DNA from: a virus
Strand: one strand, 5' to 3'
IMG/VR virus record: IMGVR_UViG_3300020185_000013
Coordinates: 1-64,000 of that record
Length of the DNA: 64,000 nucleotides
Shown here in pieces: positions 16,978 to 26,501 of the stretch. A model generated the notes under the pieces. That model saw only the letters and a list, made by a program, of their open reading frames with translations, did no database searches and was not told where the DNA came from. The position numbers were made by a program, and so were the translations under genes. Each line of letters begins with the position of its first letter. The first letter of the stretch is position 1.

Positions 16978-17892
16978 ATGGTAAATTACGGATATTGCTG
17001 CATCAATCTAACCCTTGATGAACAGGGAATTAAGATTGGTCGTGGTATGATTAAACGAACATTTCAAGCAAAGGGCATCGAGTATGCTGGAGAATTGGCA
17101 GAATCCAACGTTCGCGACATGGTTGAAATCATTAAATGGAACAATCAACACGGTATTAAAATGTACCGCATGAGTTCTAACCTATTTCCATGGATGTCAG
17201 AATATGAATTCGCAGACCTTCCAAACTGGCCAAAGATTAAGAATCTATTGAAAGGTGCAGGTACCCTTGCAATGAAATATGGTCAACGTATCACATTCCA
17301 CCCAGGTCAGTTCAATATCCTAACTTCAGAACGGGAAGATGTTGTCCTAAAAACACTTAAAGAATTACGACAACATGGTGAAATTATGGATGCAATGGGT
17401 CTACCAAGAACTCATGAAGCTCCAATCAATATTCATGCTGGAGGTACATATGGTGACAAACCATCAGCAATGAAAAGATTTATTACAAACTTTCATCGGC
17501 TAGACGAAACTGTTAAATCACGCCTTGTTCTTGAAAACGACGACAAACCTGCTCAATATGGAGTCGAAGACCTATATGAAATTTGGAAGTCTTGTGGTAC
17601 TCCAATTACATTTGATTACCATCACCATCGTTGTTACAATGACCCAATGCCAGAAAAGGAAGCGCTTGAATTGGCAGCTCAAACCTGGCCAAAGGGCATT
17701 CGCCAACTATGTCATTATTCATCGGCTAAAAAGCTTCACGAGGATGCTTCTGTTATTATGAGAGCACATGCCGATTATGTGTATGAGCCAATTGAAGATT
17801 ACGACATGGAGCTTGACATTGAAATCGAAGCAAAGGCAAAAGAATTGGCCGTACAAAAATATGTGAAACAATTCGAAGAAGTATTAATATAA
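16978..17892 (+). CDS. uvsE: UV damage endonuclease
   Basis: GYCCIN, YRMSSNLFP, TFHPGQF, NIHAGG, LVLENDD, FDYHHH, HADY, IEAKAKE. Confidence 0.93.
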   Translation: MVNYGYCCINLTLDEQGIKIGRGMIKRTFQAKGIEYAGELAESNVRDMVEIIKWNNQHGIKMYRMSSNLFPWMSEYEFADLPNWPKIKNLLKGAGTLAMKYGQRITFHPGQFNILTSEREDVVLKTLKELRQHGEIMDAMGLPRTHEAPINIHAGGTYGDKPSAMKRFITNFHRLDETVKSRLVLENDDKPAQYGVEDLYEIWKSCGTPITFDYHHHRCYNDPMPEKEALELAAQTWPKGIRQLCHYSSAKKLHEDASVIMRAHADYVYEPIEDYDMELDIEIEAKAKELAVQKYVKQFEEVLI

Positions 17893-17910
17893 AGACTAAA
17901 TTTACGTAAT

Positions 17911-18114
17911 ATGGACAAATTGAAAACTATTCTAGGAAAGGTATTGACTTACCTAAATCGTCGCCAAGCAGCTGCACAATCAACTATCTTGTGGGTTCTT
18001 GCAATCCTAAACTTTGGAAGCCAAGACTTTTGGTTCTTTGCTATTCCAGCAATTATTCTTTCAGGAATTCAAGCAATTGTCGATGAACTTAGAAAAAACA
18101 ACGAAATAAAATGA
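17911..18114 (+). CDS. Small membrane protein
   Basis: Hydrophobic core. Confidence 0.62.
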   Translation: MDKLKTILGKVLTYLNRRQAAAQSTILWVLAILNFGSQDFWFFAIPAIILSGIQAIVDELRKNNEIK

Positions 18115-18329
18115 GTAACTTAAAACTACAGGCCTTAAAGGCACATTACGCAGCTAAACGTCTTGAAGCAATTGCAACACTTGATGTTTATTTTAATGCT
18201 TCAGTTGGAATCGGTGAACACCCACAGATTATTGAAGAAATGGATAAACTAGTGAGACAGATTGCAGATGCTGAAGGTTGTCTACAAGTAATTGAAGAGA
18301 ATTTCACGGAACAGCCAGAACAGGTTTAG
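18111..18329 (+). CDS. Hypothetical phage protein
   Basis: VGIGEHPQIIEEMDK; ATGA overlap. Confidence 0.72.
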   Translation: MSNLKLQALKAHYAAKRLEAIATLDVYFNASVGIGEHPQIIEEMDKLVRQIADAEGCLQVIEENFTEQPEQV

Positions 18330-18360
18330 TACTAAGACGTTTTACTTTATTTTTAGGCCA

Positions 18361-18389
18361 AAGGGGATCGAGAGATCCCCTTTTCTTTT
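18361..18389 (+). terminator. Intrinsic terminator with GNRA loop
   Basis: AAGGGGATC-GAGA-GATCCCCTT-TTCTTTT. Confidence 0.85.
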
Positions 18390-18404
18390 ATTAATATATA
18401 GAAT

Positions 18405-19112
18405 ATGAAGCACATTCCGACATTTGAATCATTTGTAAACGAGGGAAGAGGCAGCTGGGATACGCTGTCAAACTCGATTGTGAAACAAGTATTTAAACAG
18501 TGGATGTCAGACTGGAAGTCTAAAAAGAAGGAATCAAAGTATTTCGACCAGATCGAAGACCCTTCAAGAGGCATTGAGTTTGACATTCATGCAAACATTT
18601 ACTTTGGTAAGACCAAGGGATTTGAGGTATTAAATAGTACTGGAGCAGATGGTCGTGATGAAGTATACGATGAAAAAGAAGATGAATGGGAAGACCAAAC
18701 TCCATTCATCATTATTGATTTTGCAATCAACCCAGACTGGTTACCAGGAGAATGGTCAGAAGTCTATATGTACCTTGCTGATGTAATGAGACATGAACTA
18801 GAACATGTTACACAGGACGGTATAAATATTGGTAACTATCGAATGGGTAAACCAAATGAGGATGACACTCATTTACGAAATCTAATTGAATTAGGACTCT
18901 TACCAAAGTATCATTACTTATTGCTACCAAAAGAGGTTGATGCGAATTTACAAGGACTAAGATTTGAGGCAAAGAAGCGCAAGGTTTCGATGGAAGAAAC
19001 TGTTAATAAATATCTCGATACTCAGGAATATTTGACAGATGATACTAGAGCCGAAGTATTAGACACTTGGAGAAGAAGAGCTAAAAAAATGGGAGGAATC
19101 CCTAAATTTTAA
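18405..19112 (+). CDS. Capsid-targeted-like protein with HExxH zincin-like motif
   Basis: MKHIPTFESFVNE; RHELEH...EVDA. Confidence 0.7.
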   Translation: MKHIPTFESFVNEGRGSWDTLSNSIVKQVFKQWMSDWKSKKKESKYFDQIEDPSRGIEFDIHANIYFGKTKGFEVLNSTGADGRDEVYDEKEDEWEDQTPFIIIDFAINPDWLPGEWSEVYMYLADVMRHELEHVTQDGINIGNYRMGKPNEDDTHLRNLIELGLLPKYHYLLLPKEVDANLQGLRFEAKKRKVSMEETVNKYLDTQEYLTDDTRAEVLDTWRRRAKKMGGIPKF

Positions 19113-19113
19113 T

Positions 19114-20076
19114 ATGAAATACATAAAACTTTTTGAGGATTTTGTTAAAGGATACGGTGAAAAAATCAGTAAAGAAGATTTTAATAAGCATGTTGTTGCC
19201 GGTAAAAAGGTTCTTTATGATGGATTTGAATATGACGTGATCAGTAATGATGGTGTTGTTGTTAAGTTAAAAGCTGTAGAATCTGGTAAAACTAAGTCTA
19301 TAAACTATAATATGTTTATCAGACAAGGTGCGATTGATGTAGTTGAATCAAAACTTATTAGTGAGGGTATTAACGATCCTGGAATCTTAAAGGCTTTTTT
19401 CATGGCCGGTGGTCCAGGTTCTGGAAAATCGTTCGTAGCTAATGAACTGTTCGGCTTTCCTAAAAATGCAATGTCATCAGTCTCATACGCCACTGGCCTA
19501 AAACTAGTAAATAGCGATCCTGCCTTTGAAAAAATGATGAAGGACGCTGGATTAGAACCTGGTAAATTGGCACAATACGCTAAAGACAAAAATCTATGGG
19601 ATAATATTGTAATGCCGATTAGAATAGGCGCAAAGAACCTTTCTAGAAGAATGCAGAACAACTATATTGCAGGTCGCTTAGGTCAAGTTATTGACGGTAC
19701 TGGGAAAGACTACGATAAAATTAGAGGACATAGACAATTGTACAAGGATATGGGTTATGATACCTATATGGTGTTTGTCAACACTACTAAAGAAGTTGCT
19801 CTTGAAAGAAACAGGATGCGAGAGCGTAAACTAGGAGATGATATGGTTGCTTTAATGTGGAAAGAAGTACAACAAAATCTTGGTAAATTTCAAAAACTAT
19901 TTGGTTCAGATAGAATGATTATTGTTGATAACTCAGAATATGGTAACGATCAACTATTAGATCAGATTGAGAAAGAAATAAATAAAAGACTTAATACACC
20001 AGTTCAAAACCCAATTGGTAAGAAATGGTTACAAGCAAACGATCCTAAAAATAGGGATAGAAACAAACCAGCATAA
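19114..20076 (+). CDS. Zeta-toxin-like P-loop kinase with capsid-targeting-like N-terminus
   Basis: MKYIKLFEDFV; AGGPGSGKS, VNSD, VIDGTG, MVFVNT..VALERN..R.R. Confidence 0.8.
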   Translation: MKYIKLFEDFVKGYGEKISKEDFNKHVVAGKKVLYDGFEYDVISNDGVVVKLKAVESGKTKSINYNMFIRQGAIDVVESKLISEGINDPGILKAFFMAGGPGSGKSFVANELFGFPKNAMSSVSYATGLKLVNSDPAFEKMMKDAGLEPGKLAQYAKDKNLWDNIVMPIRIGAKNLSRRMQNNYIAGRLGQVIDGTGKDYDKIRGHRQLYKDMGYDTYMVFVNTTKEVALERNRMRERKLGDDMVALMWKEVQQNLGKFQKLFGSDRMIIVDNSEYGNDQLLDQIEKEINKRLNTPVQNPIGKKWLQANDPKNRDRNKPA

Positions 20077-20204
20077 TGACTATTATTAGCGATAAACTTG
20101 ATCTTAAAAAGAGAGATATTGCACCAAGTGGACATAAACTTGCATACAATCCTCTTGGCCATTTAGTTGGCATGATAACAAAATGTAGAAAATCAAATAA
20201 ATGA
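20076..20204 (+). CDS. Possible small protein (42 aa, not in ORF track)
   Basis: TAATG coupling upstream and ATGA coupling downstream. Confidence 0.4.
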   Translation: MTIISDKLDLKKRDIAPSGHKLAYNPLGHLVGMITKCRKSNK

Positions 20205-20740
20205 AGTTTATAAAGACATTTGAAAATTGGGAAAACGTTTCACCTGAACTAAAGGCACATATTGATGAGGGCCTTGATTTAACTAATTCATTCTTTAGAT
20301 TAGGTAGTGAAAAGTACGCTGAGCTTTTTGAAGAGGTTAAAGAGTACTGGGATAAGGGTAACGTAATTCTGAAAGGTCCTTCAGGTTGGATGGCTAAAAA
20401 CCTAGAAGTTGGTAAAGCTGCTATTTATAAACCAAGAGGTAAAGATCCAATTAAAGTAAAGTTGGATTCTCCTGAAAGAGGCGGAGATAAGAAGTTTATA
20501 GTCTATCATAACAGCGGTAGAACGGATAAAGAGGGTAACATCATCGCAACCAAGATTGAATGGGGAGACCCTAACTTAACGATTAAGAATGACGATCCTG
20601 GTAGAGCAGCAAGTTTTTGGGCACGCCATCAATGCGACCTACAAAAGAAAATGGATCCTTCTAAAACAGGATTCTGGGCATGTTATGGTCCAACACTATT
20701 TGGAAAACAATTAGGACTTAAATCAGACCAACCATGGTAA
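20201..20740 (+). CDS. Putative internal head protein
   Basis: MKFIKTFENWE; RAASFWARHQC...FWAC motif. Confidence 0.72.
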   Translation: MKFIKTFENWENVSPELKAHIDEGLDLTNSFFRLGSEKYAELFEEVKEYWDKGNVILKGPSGWMAKNLEVGKAAIYKPRGKDPIKVKLDSPERGGDKKFIVYHNSGRTDKEGNIIATKIEWGDPNLTIKNDDPGRAASFWARHQCDLQKKMDPSKTGFWACYGPTLFGKQLGLKSDQPW

Positions 20741-21039
20741 CATATGAGGAAATGATTGATATGATAAATGACCAACGTAAACCTTTCACCGAAGAGCGTT
20801 ACGATGGTTATATCATTAGACGTTTCGACCCAAGTTATCCAGAACATTTATATAAGTGGCATTGGGATGAGGAGAACAGAACAGTTCAGGTATTAGAGGA
20901 TTCAGATTGGAGATTTCAATATGACAATGAATTACCAATTCCAATGATTACCGGGGAGGATATTAAAATACCTGCAGGTGTTATTCACCGTATTATAAAA
21001 GGAACAACTCCACTAAGTATAAAAATAATCTTAGATTAA
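20734..21039 (+). CDS. Cupin-like protein
   Basis: WHWDEE...IPAGVIHRIIKG. Confidence 0.65.
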   Translation: MVTYEEMIDMINDQRKPFTEERYDGYIIRRFDPSYPEHLYKWHWDEENRTVQVLEDSDWRFQYDNELPIPMITGEDIKIPAGVIHRIIKGTTPLSIKIILD

Positions 21040-21079
21040 AAGGATATATAAAACATAGAAAAAACAAAAACATTATACA

Positions 21080-21634
21080 ATGAGCAAAAAAATTCTATCA
21101 TTTGAAGAATACGTTCGCGAGGCGGACCGTTCTGAAGAAATCGAAAAGGACATCGTTGACATGGGCGAAGTTGAAGACCTAGAGGATGAGGTTGAAGAAT
21201 CTCCGGAAGATGTTGAAATCGCTGAGGACGAAGACGAAGAAGAGGCTGAAGAAGAATCTGAAGAAGAGGCTGAAGAATCTGAAGAAGAGGACGAGGAATC
21301 TGAAGAAGAGGACGAGGATGGCGAAGAAGAGTCTGAAGAAGAGGCCGAAGAAATCGCGAAGGCAGTATCAGAAATGATGACTGAAATGTACGAAGCAGCA
21401 TGCAACGAAGCAGTAGCATACGAAAACGATGACTACGATGAGCACACTGTTGAATCTTACATGAAAGAAAATGCTGCTCTAGCTGCTGCTCTTGCTACAA
21501 AAGCAATGGAAGAAGCATACGAGCAAGTAAAGGAAGAAGAAATGACTGTTGAAACTTACGAAGCAATGTGTGAGTCAATGAAAGAGTCATATGCTAAGAA
21601 GATGGACGAGCTAAAAGAGGCTTGGTCTAAGTAA
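21080..21634 (+). CDS. Highly acidic protein, prohead core/internal-protein-like
   Basis: MSKKILSFEEYVRE; long Glu/Asp tract; GATATATA at 21043. Confidence 0.75.
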   Translation: MSKKILSFEEYVREADRSEEIEKDIVDMGEVEDLEDEVEESPEDVEIAEDEDEEEAEEESEEEAEESEEEDEESEEEDEDGEEESEEEAEEIAKAVSEMMTEMYEAACNEAVAYENDDYDEHTVESYMKENAALAAALATKAMEEAYEQVKEEEMTVETYEAMCESMKESYAKKMDELKEAWSK

Positions 21635-21647
21635 TCCATTACGTATT

Positions 21648-21691
21648 AAACTTTTTAAAAGTCGTTCATATAATCTATGAACGACTTTTTT
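21648..21691 (+). terminator. 14-bp perfect hairpin terminator overlapping a class II promoter
   Basis: AAAAGTCGTTCATA-taatc-TATGAACGACTTTT; AAAC at 21648 and ATATAAT at 21668. Confidence 0.75.
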
Positions 21692-21698
21692 GTGCACT

Positions 21699-22205
21699 AT
21701 GCCTAGAATACCAATACATAAGATTTACATGCAAACCGCATATCAGTTCGCTAAACTGAGTTATGCAAAACGTAGAAAGGTTGGATGTGTTATTGTTAAA
21801 GACGAACAGGTAGTATCATTTGGTTATAATGGTACGCCAATTGGCTTTGATAATCAATGTGAAAAGGAACAGATTCGCTATTATGAAAATCCAGAACATG
21901 CTCAAACCCTAATTGATAAGGGATATGAATGCGAAAATGGATGTTGTAGTAAGGAGGTAACCAAACAAGAGGTACTCCATGCGGAATCAAATGCAATTAC
22001 TAAACTCGCGAAATCAACGATGAGTTCAGCTGGAGCAGACCTTTACACGACAACCGCACCTTGTTTTGATTGTGCTAAGTTAATTATCCAGGCAGGAATC
22101 ACTAGAGTCTACTATTCTGAGGACTATCGCGATATGAGCGGAGTTGAACTATTAGAAAAGGCAGGAATTGAAGTAGAAGAAGTGATATGCTGGAACGACC
22201 TATAA
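21699..22205 (+). CDS. dCMP deaminase
   Basis: KVGCVIV, GYNGTP, HAESNAI, PCFDC. Confidence 0.92.
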   Translation: MPRIPIHKIYMQTAYQFAKLSYAKRRKVGCVIVKDEQVVSFGYNGTPIGFDNQCEKEQIRYYENPEHAQTLIDKGYECENGCCSKEVTKQEVLHAESNAITKLAKSTMSSAGADLYTTTAPCFDCAKLIIQAGITRVYYSEDYRDMSGVELLEKAGIEVEEVICWNDL

Positions 22206-23932
22206 AGGAAATTATTGATGAAGCTCTCGAGGTGGGAGTATTTGGTGCTGACTTCACCTTTCGTAAAGGGCAGCGCGAGACAATAGAAACAATCATTCAA
22301 ACCTATCAAGAGGACCCTGAAGCAACTGTGGTGATTGACGCACCTACCGGAACTGGTAAGTCAATTATCGCAATGTGGTGTGCTTGGATCTTTAAAGAGA
22401 TGGGAAAGAGGGGCTATCTTGTCACTTCAGACCTATCCTTACAGGACCAATATGAAAGCGACCTTAAAAAGCTACGCTTAAGATGGCCATCAATTAAAGG
22501 CATCGATAATTACGATTGTCATGTTAATGGTCTTAAGTTTTCTCTTGGAGAATGTCGCATGCGAAATATGGGATATGAGCAGGCTCTTGCAAAAATGAAG
22601 TGTGCCCAAACCTGTGAGTATATTCAATTGCGTAAAAGGGCTATTGACTCTCCAGTATCTGTACTAAACTATGCCTTTTGGTTATTGCAACGTAACTATG
22701 TTGCTCCAAAGATGGAAAGTGATGAGCGAGAGGTTCCATTTAAAAAGAGGGACTATGTTTTCTTTGATGAAGCCCATAAAATAGATGAAATTGTACAGAA
22801 TCATTTTTCTCCCAGGGTAGATAATTTCCTTCCCGAACTTTTAAATAACCAGGCTAAATTCTTAGTAAAGAGTGGGTTAGCTTCTCCAAATATTAGTAGT
22901 GCATATCTCAACGATTTGCTTGGAGACCTATTGCACTCTCAAGACCGTGAAGTTCTCTATGCTAAATTGATAGAATTAAAGAAAGTTCTCACAGGATTTA
23001 ATGCATCGAAAAGTGCAGCTGAAAAGAGTGCACGTCAAATATTTGGAACTTCAGTTGATCGCCAACTTTCTCCAACTTGGAAAACGGCATTTAACCGATT
23101 TGACAGAATTAAGGACATTCATTGTAAGATTGAGGACTACATAGACTTGATTAATATAACTGGAATTGATACGATGGTATTTGACCAACGTGACGATGAG
23201 GCAAAGTTTATGTGTACTGAAGAGGCTACAATGATTCAAAAGTATCTTCATAAACAGTCTGGTTTTAAGATATTTATGAGTGCGACTATTGGTGGACCAA
23301 GAGAGTTTGCAAGAATTATGGGTATTACCAGTGCTAAATTTGTTAGACTTGATAATGCATTCAATTATGATAAATCTCCAGTAGTTTTTATCAATAAGCA
23401 TAAGCTCTCGTATCGTGAAAAAGAAACAAGTTTGCCAAAGGTCATAAAACTATTAGACAAAATAATAGAAAAGCATAAAGGGCAACGTGGGATTATTCAC
23501 ACAGGGTCATATGAGTTTACAAAATACATTAAGCAGCATAGTAAGCATACTTTCCGCTTGATGGACTATGATAACTCAAAAGAGAAGAACGATCTTCTTG
23601 AGCTATTTAAGCAAAAAGAAGAGGCAGTGTTTATGGGACCTTCACTATTAGAAGGGTTGGATTTAAAAGATGACGTTAGTCGATTCCAAGTCTTCTTTAA
23701 GGTACCATATCCAAATCTTGGAGATCCGTTAATTAAAGCAAAAATGAACACAATGCCAAATTGGTATGATTGGAAAACCGGTATAACTATTATGCAAGGA
23801 GTTGGAAGAAGTGTTAGAAATGAGGATGATTGGGCAGTGACCTATATCCTGGACGCTTGCTTTCTTTCGTTGATAAATAAACCAGAGTTATTTCCACCAT
23901 CCTTTGTAGAACGTATAAAAACAATAAAATAA
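22187..23932 (+). CDS. DinG/XPD-family SF2 helicase
   Basis: Q motif FRKGQ, APTGTGKS, Cys cluster, DEAH, MSAT, EGLD, QGVGRSVR. Confidence 0.9.
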   Translation: MLERPIKEIIDEALEVGVFGADFTFRKGQRETIETIIQTYQEDPEATVVIDAPTGTGKSIIAMWCAWIFKEMGKRGYLVTSDLSLQDQYESDLKKLRLRWPSIKGIDNYDCHVNGLKFSLGECRMRNMGYEQALAKMKCAQTCEYIQLRKRAIDSPVSVLNYAFWLLQRNYVAPKMESDEREVPFKKRDYVFFDEAHKIDEIVQNHFSPRVDNFLPELLNNQAKFLVKSGLASPNISSAYLNDLLGDLLHSQDREVLYAKLIELKKVLTGFNASKSAAEKSARQIFGTSVDRQLSPTWKTAFNRFDRIKDIHCKIEDYIDLINITGIDTMVFDQRDDEAKFMCTEEATMIQKYLHKQSGFKIFMSATIGGPREFARIMGITSAKFVRLDNAFNYDKSPVVFINKHKLSYREKETSLPKVIKLLDKIIEKHKGQRGIIHTGSYEFTKYIKQHSKHTFRLMDYDNSKEKNDLLELFKQKEEAVFMGPSLLEGLDLKDDVSRFQVFFKVPYPNLGDPLIKAKMNTMPNWYDWKTGITIMQGVGRSVRNEDDWAVTYILDACFLSLINKPELFPPSFVERIKTIK

Positions 23933-24132
23933 TGGGTTTTAATAAATTATATCTACCAGAAATAACCGACTTACAAAAGTCTTTAGATAAAGATGGAAAA
24001 GAGAACTTTGAAGGATTTTGGGTACGTCGATATCTAAAAGCTGACGCAGTAATAGGTTCTTCTGAATCGATGGATTTTATCAAGCAATTTATGATAAAAC
24101 AAGATGAAAAGAATAGTATTGCGAGCAATTGA
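23932..24132 (+). CDS. Hypothetical protein
   Basis: TAATG coupling. Confidence 0.65.
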   Translation: MGFNKLYLPEITDLQKSLDKDGKENFEGFWVRRYLKADAVIGSSESMDFIKQFMIKQDEKNSIASN

Positions 24133-24766
24133 CTTTTCAATTAGAACGCTATTTAAGATTAAAAATAAAATGACAATGAGTACACAAGTACAGACCGAAA
24201 ACCAAATTTACGTTTGGACCAAAACTGAAAAGGCTGGATCGATCGTTGTGGTTGCTGAGAAACAAAAAGATTCGAAATGGCTCTATTTTGAAGACGGCTC
24301 CCGAATTAATCCATCTCTAGTTAATGAGTATTTAATGGAGGCGAAAACAATGGACGAGGCAAAAATACATGCTTCTTCTTTTGGCAATACTCTTGGAATA
24401 ACTCCAACCAAAACAGGCCCAGTTGAAGACCATTCGAATACGGTGGTTACTACTACATCAGACCCTATTATTACTCAACCTAAAGAAGAGGTTAAAGAAG
24501 AGGTTAACGTAATGATGGAAATGCTCTCTAAAATGAGCAAGAAAAACAAGGCAACTATGCCGGTTGAGGTAAACATTCCATCAACTATGGTATATGAAAT
24601 GTTACAGGATCAGATGGATTTAGAACAATCTGACTTAAATGAACAGATCGGGATGCTGGTAGAAAATCAGATAAATAACCTACAAGAACAATTAAGAGAA
24701 CAAATTCAATCATTTATTTCTAATTACTATAACAATGAGCACAGAGAACACACAGAATCAGAATGA
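24104..24766 (+). CDS. Hypothetical protein (start may be 24170)
   Basis: Long ORF in an operon-like run. Confidence 0.72.
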   Translation: MKRIVLRAIDFSIRTLFKIKNKMTMSTQVQTENQIYVWTKTEKAGSIVVVAEKQKDSKWLYFEDGSRINPSLVNEYLMEAKTMDEAKIHASSFGNTLGITPTKTGPVEDHSNTVVTTTSDPIITQPKEEVKEEVNVMMEMLSKMSKKNKATMPVEVNIPSTMVYEMLQDQMDLEQSDLNEQIGMLVENQINNLQEQLREQIQSFISNYYNNEHREHTESE

Positions 24767-25139
24767 CGCAATTCTTTTTACAAGAAAACAAAGAAGATAC
24801 ATGCTTAAAGAAAGAGGTATTCTAAAGCAGGTTTCTAAACTTTCATTCTTTAATCCACTTCGTTCTAATCTAAGAGCGCAAAACATGGAAAGCGGTAGAA
24901 AAATGCACTCACAGCATATGGATATTGTAGAGCAAAGAAATGGCGAACTTCTAGAGGCTAAACTTGAAAGTATGAAGAATACTTGGAGAGAGATTGGCTA
25001 TAATGATGCTGAAATTAATCTACTTGAAGAGGCTTGGGCACTAACTGTATTTAAAGACAGTGAAACCTACCGAGAGGATAAGAAAAAGTCTCGTCAATTA
25101 ATGAAAGAGGCTAATACTTTAAGAGCAGCTAGAGCATAA
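24735..25139 (+). CDS. Hypothetical protein
   Basis: Overlapping operon ORF. Confidence 0.72.
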   Translation: MSTENTQNQNDAILFTRKQRRYMLKERGILKQVSKLSFFNPLRSNLRAQNMESGRKMHSQHMDIVEQRNGELLEAKLESMKNTWREIGYNDAEINLLEEAWALTVFKDSETYREDKKKSRQLMKEANTLRAARA

Positions 25140-25462
25140 TGGTAACATTAACTATAGAACCAGCCGATAACGGGGTTGTCAAAGTTATCTATGATGACTC
25201 CGTTAACGGAGCTGGAGAAGAGTTTGTTTCTCGAAAAGTATATGATTTCGAGAGAGATGAGGAGACCAAAGAATCAGTAGTGGACTTCTTATCAGACGTT
25301 GTTCTTGATCTTGGAATTGACGTCGGCAGCGACTTAGATAAATTCAAAGTTGCAATCGTAACTGAAATAGGCGATCCTGCCCAATTCAGTGAAGATGAAA
25401 TAAAACAAAAAATAAAAGAGTTGAAAGCTGAAATTAAAGAGCTTGAAAATTCTATAAAATAA
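25139..25462 (+). CDS. Hypothetical protein
   Basis: TAATG coupling. Confidence 0.72.
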   Translation: MVTLTIEPADNGVVKVIYDDSVNGAGEEFVSRKVYDFERDEETKESVVDFLSDVVLDLGIDVGSDLDKFKVAIVTEIGDPAQFSEDEIKQKIKELKAEIKELENSIK

Positions 25463-25860
25463 TGACCTTAAAAGTAGCAGGTATTTGGTGTAAAACGAAG
25501 TCTGACTTTGATAAGTACATTCGCCAGGAAGAATATGACTTAGTGATCTCTCACAATGAGATCTATAGTCGCCTGCTTAAAAGTGATCCGAGCGATGCTG
25601 AACCGTCGGATGTCATTATTTCACTCTATATACAAAAACTTTTTAAAACTATTCCTAAGAAATTCGAAGGTTTAGAAGAGGTTAACATTGCTTTCTTATT
25701 TAAGAATCTTGACAGTGAGACTGTCTCAAACTTCAAGAGGTTCATTTCTAGTGAATTTGAAATGGGTGAAATGGATTTAATCATTATTAATAGATGTGAT
25801 TATCCAAAGAAAGGGGTGTTAAGCCTATTTGATGCTGTAAAGTTTATTGACCATGATTAA
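25462..25860 (+). CDS. Hypothetical protein
   Basis: TAATG coupling. Confidence 0.72.
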   Translation: MTLKVAGIWCKTKSDFDKYIRQEEYDLVISHNEIYSRLLKSDPSDAEPSDVIISLYIQKLFKTIPKKFEGLEEVNIAFLFKNLDSETVSNFKRFISSEFEMGEMDLIIINRCDYPKKGVLSLFDAVKFIDHD

Positions 25861-26458
25861 GCACAAGCTTTTTGCAAAGGGCGAATATGTACAAGCACTG
25901 ATCTCAACAACACAACAACCTAACGTTCTTATTCCGGTTAGGGGAATTATCTATGATGTCAAGTTTGATGACATTAATCCACAGTATCAAATTAGAGTCA
26001 AGAAATTCTATGACTCAATCTATTTTCTTAAGCAAAACATGTTTGGTGGCCGATTCTTTCGCGACTTTGAGGGTCATGATACCAGAATAAATGCTAAAAG
26101 AACCAACTATAAAAATACAGAGCAATTAGTAGAAGAACTATTTGACGGAGACAATTGGAAAAAGTATTTAATTGTCGTTGATTCTGTATTTTGTGTTAAG
26201 ACATTTGAAGAACAACAAATCTTATTTAATAATTTACAGTCTTTTATGATTGAACAAAAGATTAAAGAGATTTATGAGATGTCAACCCGATTACCATACC
26301 AGCGAGCTTCAGGTGATTTTGCATATGAATCTAAAGGTGAATTCATCACCGCTTTAAAGAAATTCCTGGGTGATCGCACTCCACCTGATGAGGAATGGAT
26401 CGATAACATGTTCTATAATCCAACTTCTAAGGAAATGGACATGGGAGAATGGAAGTAG
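25847..26458 (+). CDS. Hypothetical protein
   Basis: Operon ORF. Confidence 0.72.
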   Translation: MTMIKHKLFAKGEYVQALISTTQQPNVLIPVRGIIYDVKFDDINPQYQIRVKKFYDSIYFLKQNMFGGRFFRDFEGHDTRINAKRTNYKNTEQLVEELFDGDNWKKYLIVVDSVFCVKTFEEQQILFNNLQSFMIEQKIKEIYEMSTRLPYQRASGDFAYESKGEFITALKKFLGDRTPPDEEWIDNMFYNPTSKEMDMGEWK

Positions 26459-26501
26459 TATGATAATAAATAGGATATATAAAGAAAAATAGATCCTATT
26501 A

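Noticed and set aside
21036-21419. Minus-strand Ser-rich and Leu/Pro-rich ORFs and the + strand Lys-rich ORF 21186..21377
   Set aside because: Alternative-frame artefacts of the GAA-rich acidic gene 21080..21634
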